A stretch of DNA of 64,000 nucleotides, from assembly GCF_009834535.1 (NCBI RefSeq), contig NC_045711.1, forward strand, positions 28,644,001 to 28,708,000, read 5' to 3'. Below, one piece after another: positions 63,101-64,000 of the stretch. The first letter of the stretch is position 1. Every line of letters begins with the position of its first letter. Origin of the DNA: Camelus ferus (Eukaryota). Made by a program: the position numbers and the translations under genes. The notes beneath the pieces were generated by a model. It did no database searches, had not been told where the DNA came from, and saw nothing but the letters and a program-made list of their open reading frames with translations.

Positions 63101-64000
63101 TTCTCTGTGAATAGATTATCTGAACATTGGGTACGTCCAAGAACAGACTTTTGGTACAGGATTCTGAGCTCACACTGCTTGGATGATTGCAGGCTGCTTA
63201 GGCGGGCTGAGTCAGGATTCCCAGGACTGTTTTTCAGTCCCGAAACAGACATACTTCACGAAAGCGAACCACTCAATCTCACCATCCAGCAGAACGTGAA
63301 CATAATACATGGAACCAATAAGAAGAATCAGAGCGTGGTTACTTGTTTAAACAGAATATTCTTAGCGCTAGTTTTTTAATGTTCATGGATCCATGACGAG
63401 GTCTTTGCTCTTCCATCTACTAAATAGCAATTTGGTAGACTAGTAGACTATGTACTTGTAAACTGAAATGAAACACTCTAAAGCAGTGTTCAGTCTCCCT
63501 GTGTCTCAGAATTCAGACGCCAGTATGCCTGCTGAGCTGCACGTGGCTCTGTCCTCTTGTGTACCAGGACTCAGCTGGACCAATGAATCATGCAACCAGG
63601 ATCACACGGGAGGTCATGTTTGAGAATCTCTCATTTAATCAGGTCCCACAGCCCAGCAGGAAGGAATAAGGCTTGACTTTATGTGTGGAGCCAATACCTA
63701 TACAATTCTTCCAAGAACATAAACCTGGGCGTGGTTCACAGGTAAGAATGGCGCTACTTCCTGGAAGGTCAGGGACTTGAGAAGACTTTGCAAGCTTCAA
63801 GAGGAGTGAAATTGAGCCAAATTCCTAAGTACTGTGCACAAAATCTGGTGGAGCATGTGCTTTGGGCTTGGCTTTCTGGTCTCAGGATAGAAAAGTAAAT
63901 GAGAGAGGGCTTTTTGAAAGTCCAAGCAAGATTTCTTGTGAAATTTCTCAACAGAAGTGAATTCTTTTGCAATAGCGTTTACTCAGTATTACACGGTTCT

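Noticed and set aside
5532-63214. Multiple AP-1 heptamers (TGASTCA)
   Set aside because: About nine were seen, close to the roughly eight expected by chance in 64 kb. No enrichment.
1-64000. tRNA, rRNA, snRNA, snoRNA genes, CRISPR arrays or prokaryote-type systems
   Set aside because: No matching structures or repeat-spacer periodicity were seen, and the sequence is clearly mammalian. A covariance-model search (Infernal/Rfam) would be needed to exclude divergent small RNAs.

Overview
This is 64 kb of mammalian genomic DNA, almost entirely non-coding. The lineage is most likely camelid. That is an inference from the young LINE-1 3' ends and the absence of recognisable Alu, B1/B2, Bov-tA/BovB, PRE1, Can-SINE or ERE SINEs. 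I could not support any protein-coding exon. The main landmark is a ~1.1 kb CpG island at ~20.6-21.7 kb. It looks like the promoter and non-coding first exon of a minus-strand gene: CCAAT, TTTAAA, and an exon ending CAG|GTAAGA at 21533. Its first intron would run off the left end of the window (>21 kb), and I could not name the gene. The same island also carries a mirror-image plus-strand unit: inverted CCAAT, TATAAAAG, and an exon ending CAG|GTAAGA at 20738. This suggests an overlapping antisense transcript. The rest is ancient repeats (MLT1 LTRs, L2, MIR, old L1M, hAT MITEs), five short lineage-specific L1 3' fragments (three with visible TSDs, one only ~33 nt), two assembly gaps, simple repeats and motif-level regulatory candidates. 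I found no evidence for a genuinely new biological system; the findings are hypotheses about transcript architecture, retrotransposition and DNA structure. Repeat names are from memory of consensus sequences, and boundaries are approximate.
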